A stretch of 64,000 bases of DNA, taken from positions 1,240,001 through 1,304,000 of the forward strand of contig CBFFSA010000003.1 of assembly GCA_965644495.1 (NCBI GenBank), written 5' to 3'. This document shows positions 58,246 through 64,000 of the stretch, piece by piece (positions within the stretch are counted from its first letter, which is position 1; each line of letters starts with the position of its first letter). Under the pieces are notes generated by a model. It ran no database searches, was not told the origin of the DNA, and saw only the letters and a program-made list of their open reading frames with translations. A program made the translations under genes and the position numbers. This stretch comes from Perkinsela sp. CCAP 1560/9. Taxonomy: Eukaryota > Protista > Euglenozoa: Kinetoplastea.

Positions 58246-58683
58246 ATGCCTGATCACAGGGTTCTCGGTTCCCTTTTTTTGGAGCAGTCCACGACGATAA
58301 ATCCTCAGAACATGGAAGCGCGTCCGGACACGTTTCAAGATAATATCGCTAATGATGATGCAGAGGTTACTCTGCGAAAAGCCCAAGAAGCCCTTGTTCA
58401 ACATAAAGAATCTAAAATTAAGGAACTTCATCGTGAGCTGGCGAAAACGAAAGCGGCTAATGCAAAACTTCAGAAACAGGTTGAGGAAGACTCACAGGCG
58501 ATTGCAGAGTACAAGAAACAGGTTGGCGAACTTAAGCATTACCGTACTTTGTCAGGCAAGGATCTTTTATCTTGTTTGTATGATGAAAGCGAGGACATAT
58601 CTGACGATGATGAGTCAAGTCATGCGAAGAAATGTAAGCGAAACTCTAAAATACCAGCCTTACGAGATGACAAAGGTCATTGA
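58246..58683 (+). CDS. Hypothetical coiled-coil ORF, probably transposon-associated
   Basis: 145-aa ATG ORF with heptad-like K/E/L-rich helix; no recognised domain. Confidence 0.3.
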   Translation: MPDHRVLGSLFLEQSTTINPQNMEARPDTFQDNIANDDAEVTLRKAQEALVQHKESKIKELHRELAKTKAANAKLQKQVEEDSQAIAEYKKQVGELKHYRTLSGKDLLSCLYDESEDISDDDESSHAKKCKRNSKIPALRDDKGH

Positions 58684-58849
58684 GGTGTGTTTCCCGACGC
58701 TCAGCTTCGACATATTCTATTCGCAGCTACAATTATGCGCGAAACAACGCCTATTGCGCCGACATATAGAATCATTTGGCATCCAGACGACAAACTACTT
58801 GCTCAAGATGAACCTTATTTTTTGTCCCGCTTCATACTGTGGGATCCCC

Positions 58850-59052
58850 CTAATCGCTTGGCAAGCAAAGTCGCCTGCTTCGCGGCTAGGGGGCAGGCCC
58901 GCAAACTTTTCAAAGGGCACCAGTACGGTGTAGCTACACCTGCGGGTGCAGAAAGGGTGATACATCTCTGCCGGAAGACCTTTGCCGAACACACTGATGA
59001 CGACGATTTTTTACTATGCAAGATTGATCTCAAAAACGCATTTAACAATGTT
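58850..59052 (+). pseudogene. RT fragment of another CRE-like subfamily
   Basis: RLASKV...HQYGV..PAGAERVIH...KIDLKNAFN. Confidence 0.75.
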
Positions 59053-59233
59053 ACAACTAATGGAAGATCCGGATAAAGCAATACAATGCCGGAAAGATGC
59101 ATATGCGAGATTAACGTCGTCGACGTGAGCATGGACGTTGACTTCCGACTACAAATTTGGCGCTACACCCTACAATCTATTCAAATCAAAACAAAAACAA
59201 AAAAAAACGAAACACATTCCTGCCATTGTTCCT

Positions 59234-62200
59234 TCATATCGCATAGTCTGTACCCCGTTTGTCCTTCTCAAGAAAGGATCTCAGCTGCGAATATACAACA
59301 GCTCCATTCAACTCTTGAAGACAGAGTTGAAACTCCATCTGCGTCTGTTTTCGAGGCAGGCAACAAGCGTCTGCTAGGGCGTTGAGAAGAGATTTCGTAT
59401 TTTCGTGTAGAGACCCGCCTGACAGCACTGGCACGCACCGAAACGTTTCCTCTGATATCAAACCCGAGCGAACATAGGTGTCTTGTTTACGTTTGATCGC
59501 GTCGCGAAAAAGTTTGCCACATTTTGTTCCGAGATTAGAGGGCGCTAACTCGTGAATCACGGTGAAATCATAGAATATCTCGCCGGAATTCCAAAAAACT
59601 ACAAGATCGGGACCCGATCTGCGGAAAGAACGGCCTCCGCAAACTTTTCCATGCGTCCGTCTGTAATCAGGATCCACTTTTTCGTTGCATTGTGTGCACG
59701 AAAACGTTGCGAAATTACGCGGCTCTTTTTCGCAGGGAATCCCAGCTTTTAAACACAACTCGTAGAGAAAATTTACTAAAGAGTTATGCTTCGCTGTGGC
59801 GTTGAGACCGGGGCATTTCGAACAGCCAGGTATGTGCGCGAGCATGGCTTTCGAATCTAGCAGAATCCGGCACCCGGGGCAGAGCAACTGTTTTGGCAGT
59901 AGAGGATGCGCGATTCCGAGTCGCGGCATTAAAGCAAGCGAAAAAAGGCGCGAGGGAACAAACTTAGCATTAGACATGACCCATTCTGCGTTGCCCCTAT
60001 ATGAGACTGCTTGTAAGATGGCAACCGAGTCTGACTTCGAAGAAGACAAAAGGTCCCACGCTTTCGTGTGAAGAGCTGCCGCCGCCGTATCTTCGTCGAT
60101 AGGAACGCTAGTGTCGGTTGTTGCTGTTGGCACGCTGGTGTCGGTGTCGGACTGCAAAATGGCGTGCGTCTGGTCTCCTTGGTGTTCGACTTGAGCTGAA
60201 AGATTAATTGGGCGCTCGAAAACTGAATACCAAGAGGACTCAAAGGCTGCACACCGAATTGGGAGACAAGCCGTCAGGCCCAGCCCGCCTTTCTTAACCG
60301 GTAAACGTAACTGAGTTATCTGATCCTGAGATAGCGTTCCAAACCACGAATTCAACGCCTCTTCTACCTCGTGATCGAATAGTTTAGCTAGATTTTCGGA
60401 GACTATGGGGTGGTGTACTCTCAACTGGTAGTTCTGACGTACATTCACGCATTTGGACAACAATTGTGCCGACGTGTTGTTGATACCCATCTGCTTCAGA
60501 CGTCGAAAAATTTCATAATGTTTTTGCAAAGATTTCACCAGCTCTTCGCTGACCTTACTTTCTTCGCCGATGAAAGCACCCAGTACCTTTATCGTACAGT
60601 CTGCTTTTTTTACCTCTGCACTGCTGAGTTCTTGCGGCATTGGAATGTTCCCCGTCCCTCCAAACCACATGCATTTGTTTGTTGAAACAATCAGGCTGCA
60701 GTCTTGCAATAGGGATTGGAGGCGTGTGAAAGCTTTTGTTAAAAGCTGCGGGTCGTCGGAAACAAGGTTGATATCGTCTATGTACGCGCAGATTTCAACT
60801 CCAGGAAATTCTTCAGCAAGATTTTCTAATATTGGCTGCAACAGAGCGCAAAAATAAATGGTGGATAGCGTTGAGCCTTGACGGACGCCACTAGTGCTTT
60901 TCACTATGCCGGTCAAACGGTTTGTCTTAGCGCCGTAGAAAAGTAATTCGGAAGCTTCAGCATACTCCGCGTGGAAAAACCGGCTAGGGGGGACCTTCGA
61001 TGAATCTTCATCGAAAGTTGTACACTTTCGATGAATCTTCATCGAAGGTGTTTTTGACTTTTTTTGACTTTTTTAACTTTTTGTTTTTGAACGAATTTTT
61101 CCATTGGCTGTTGAAAACACGTTGCATGAAACATATAATTTCATTTTAAATTCAATAATTTTTTGTTTTTTTGTCTGAATTCTGACTTTCCGTTTTCTTT
61201 CACATTTTGGCTTGGGGGTACGTTCGTTGATTTCTCAACGAACGTACCCTGTGACCGTAAAAAATCTGCAGGACCTTAGAGGGAGGAGGAAGAAAGGCCC
61301 AACTGATAACTACTTGATAATCTTGATAATCTTGACCAACTACCTTGATAACAAATTTTAGTACCCATTCGTGGGAAGCAATTTGCGAAGCCCAACTACC
61401 TTGATAACAAATTTTAGTACCCATTTTGGCCGCGCGGGGGCCCCCGCGTGAGCGGGGGTGCGCGCGGCCGCGAAACGGCGAGGGCCCGCGTGAGCGGGCC
61501 TGAGCCGTACCCCGCGTAAGGTTCCCCTGTGCGTCGTTAGTGGGAAGCAATTTGCGAAGCTCACTGAATTTCGTAGTTTTCGCTACGCAGGCGTTGTCAA
61601 CGTATATAGCGAAGTGTAGGATACTGAACGCACGGAAAATGAAAATCAAAAAAAAATTCTTGGATGTTCCACAAAAGTCCTTGACTTATGCAAAAGTCCT
61701 TGATTTCCACCGTGAATTTCCGTTCGTTGAGTACTCAACGAAAATCCGGCACTTCGTTGAGTACTCAACGAAAATCCTGTGTTTACCCCTTCCGCAGGAT
61801 TGTCGCTCAAAATATGTATATGGATCAGTCAAAAACGCTTCGATGAAGATAAACTGAAGAAACGGTGAAATTCCTCTACGAGCCTTCACAAAACACTTCG
61901 ATGAAGCACCAAAAAAGTCAAAATGTCTATATGGATCCGCGAAAAACGTTTGCGTGAAGATTTGAAAAAATAAAAAAAAAGTCAAAAACACCTTCGATGA
62001 AGATTCGTCGAAAGTGTACAACTTTCAATGTGCTTCATCGAAAGTTGTACACTTTCGATGAAGCTTCATCGAAGGTCCCCCCTACCCGAAAAACCTTTGA
62101 AACGGTCGGAGAGTAGCTAGTCCAAAAACATGTTTGGCGATAAGATTCCGCGACGGGGTATTGAACGCATTTTTTAGGTCGATGGCTAAGATGCACGCGC

Positions 62201-64000
62201 CTTTTCTGTATCGTTCATTTAAGGTGTGTACAATGCGCTCACTCCCCGATTTTGAAAGCACACCTTGCTGCATTGGTGCGAAAAGGGGTTGAATCGTGGA
62301 TTCGTATCGCTGAACGAGAATGTTGCCGGCAAGCTTCACCAGCACCTCACCGATGGCCACGGGGCGGATACCACCTCCTGTTTTCTGAATCGCTACTAGA
62401 CGTGATCTTGCCAAACGTTTCATCAGATCTCGCGGAAGAAAACCGTTGATTAGATCCATGAGCATGTGGCAAAGGTTTGGGCTGCACACTGGGTCATCAA
62501 TAAGGAGACGCACGACGCTGTCTGTAGTGCCTGTCGGACCTGGGCTAGCTCCTCTTACTAAACGCATCCCTGCTGACCGAAGCTCAGAAGAATCCAAACC
62601 AGTAAGAAGAGGCGCATCATTTGGTAGGTTAAACTTGTATTCGTGTTGCGGATGTAAATCCTTCAGCCTATCTAGAATCTGATCATCCGACAGAGTGTTT
62701 GGGATGAATTTCTGATCAAGAGTTTTGCATGCCTTTCTCGCGCATCCTTCCATGACTAAACGCGTTGCCTTTTTTATTGCTCTTTTATCCGCTTCGTGCT
62801 CATCAGACTTGGTTGGATGATCGCCAGATGTTTCGCTATCGGCTTCGAATGGGCGGCGGCGTCTTCGGCGATTGGAGGCTTGACGCACTATTGCTAGGGA
62901 ATATTTCATCGCTGAGAGAACTTCGTGCCAGATTTTGTGCCTTTGTGGATAAGTACTGTTGATGTATTCACGCATTATTTCTCGGTAAGACGCGATTACA
63001 GCGGATATCATTTCCGGTTTTATGACGCGAGATGTTGGAATGGGCACGTAATCCAAGTCCTTTGACTTCCAACCTTCCTTCGAGTTACTCATGCTTTGCT
63101 CGGCCGACTGCCCAAACATGTATTCCCCTTGCGATTGACCGTCGTTTGGATCAATGGGCGTAGAGGCTGTACACGGGGGTGCTGCAGCATGCCATATCAT
63201 CCCGTTAACCCTCACACTTTCGTGGGGCGGTAGTGTCCCAGTGAATTCCTCACCAATTTTATGCCCTACGATCCCCGAGTAGATTATGTTCAGCTTCCAA
63301 GAACCTTTCCTACGATACACGCTGGTTACTTTCCCAAGTGAGATGTTGGTGTCATCTCGATTCCCGAAAGACCACGCGACCGAACATAGCGTTCCTTTTT
63401 TGATATGTTGAGACTTCGATTGGATATCGCTTGCTTGTAGAGGAAAGCCTCGTGTAGCGAATTGGGACGACAGTGTGTCACACATCTCTGCCGAATTCGC
63501 ATTCTCTACGAACCGAATTCTATCTAGCGCGGAGTTCAACACATTCCCCATTTCAGACAAAGTTGTACCACCAGAATTTTCGTCAGGCGCTGGAAGAGGA
63601 CTGGGAAGTTCCGATTGTACGGGGTTCCCATCACTAATCGTACCGTATGACTTGTGAGGTTGCGGAGAGGAGAACACAGAATTTACCGATCGAGCTGAAT
63701 GATTGGTTTGTCGCTCAGAAGCGGTAGAGTCTGTCCCCCCTGCATCCTGCAGATAGTCTTGCAGATCAGGGCTCTGACCTACGATGGACGCAATCCCGTT
63801 GTCCGTACGTTCCTCTACGAACACTTCATTTTTATTATGGAATGCAGACGCAACATTGGATAAGGGTGATGCGTTCGTGTCCTCATTAGGCCTTTCTTTC
63901 GTCTGATTCGCGTCAAAAGGCGTCATAAACGCGATGTCCGGGGCATCTGGCCTCATGTCCGGGGCATCTGGCGTTTTTGGAGTCAAGAATATGCCCGTAC
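59234..64000 (-). mobile_element. CRE/SLACS-like RLE retrotransposon copy 2 (5' end beyond window), otherwise open ORF split by one MITE
   Basis: 62088-64000 and 59234-60981 join in frame (PFQRFFHAEY) after removing the insert and one TSD; full RT, CCHC and RLE motifs. Confidence 0.9.
60982..62087. mobile_element. Non-autonomous TIR element with GGSTA termini and 8-bp TSD
   Basis: GAAAAACC|GGCTAGGGGGGACCTTCGATGAA ... TTCATCGAAGGTCCCCCCTACCC|GAAAAACC; subterminal TTCGATGAAnnTTCATCGAA palindromes. Confidence 0.9.

Noticed and set aside
60987-62082. TA-flanked element with G6/C6 ends
   Set aside because: The true ends extend 5 bp further on each side, giving an 8-bp TSD and restoring the host reading frame

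Overview
Eukaryotic nuclear DNA, most likely from a kinetoplastid (Euglenozoa). The evidence is intron-less host genes all on one strand, a kinetoplastid-type SCP/PIP39-like phosphatase, and a 39-nt spliced-leader exon with its GTAT donor. Positions 1-20.1 kb hold six co-oriented minus-strand host genes with MITEs between them: RNA polymerase I largest subunit (runs off the window and is missing from the ORF track), a DxDxT phosphatase, a thiamine pyrophosphokinase-domain protein, a SET protein, an ATP-grasp/SET fusion and a REX1-like exonuclease. Positions 20.5-64 kb are a nested transposon pile. It contains two intact Tc1-like DD32E elements, two pogo-like elements (one intact, DD30D), hAT relics, an 836-bp-arm foldback element, a VIPER/TATE-like tyrosine-recombinase retrotransposon, CRE/SLACS-like and Hero-like RLE retrotransposons, an APE LINE fragment and two short retroposons. 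The most striking observation is a 1.08-kb TIR element with an 8-bp TSD that carries a spliced-leader RNA gene-like sequence. Second is a Hero-like retrotransposon whose N-terminus carries five Mer3/HFM1-like CxHxCx5CxHxCCK zinc fingers. All calls were made by eye; no database search was run.
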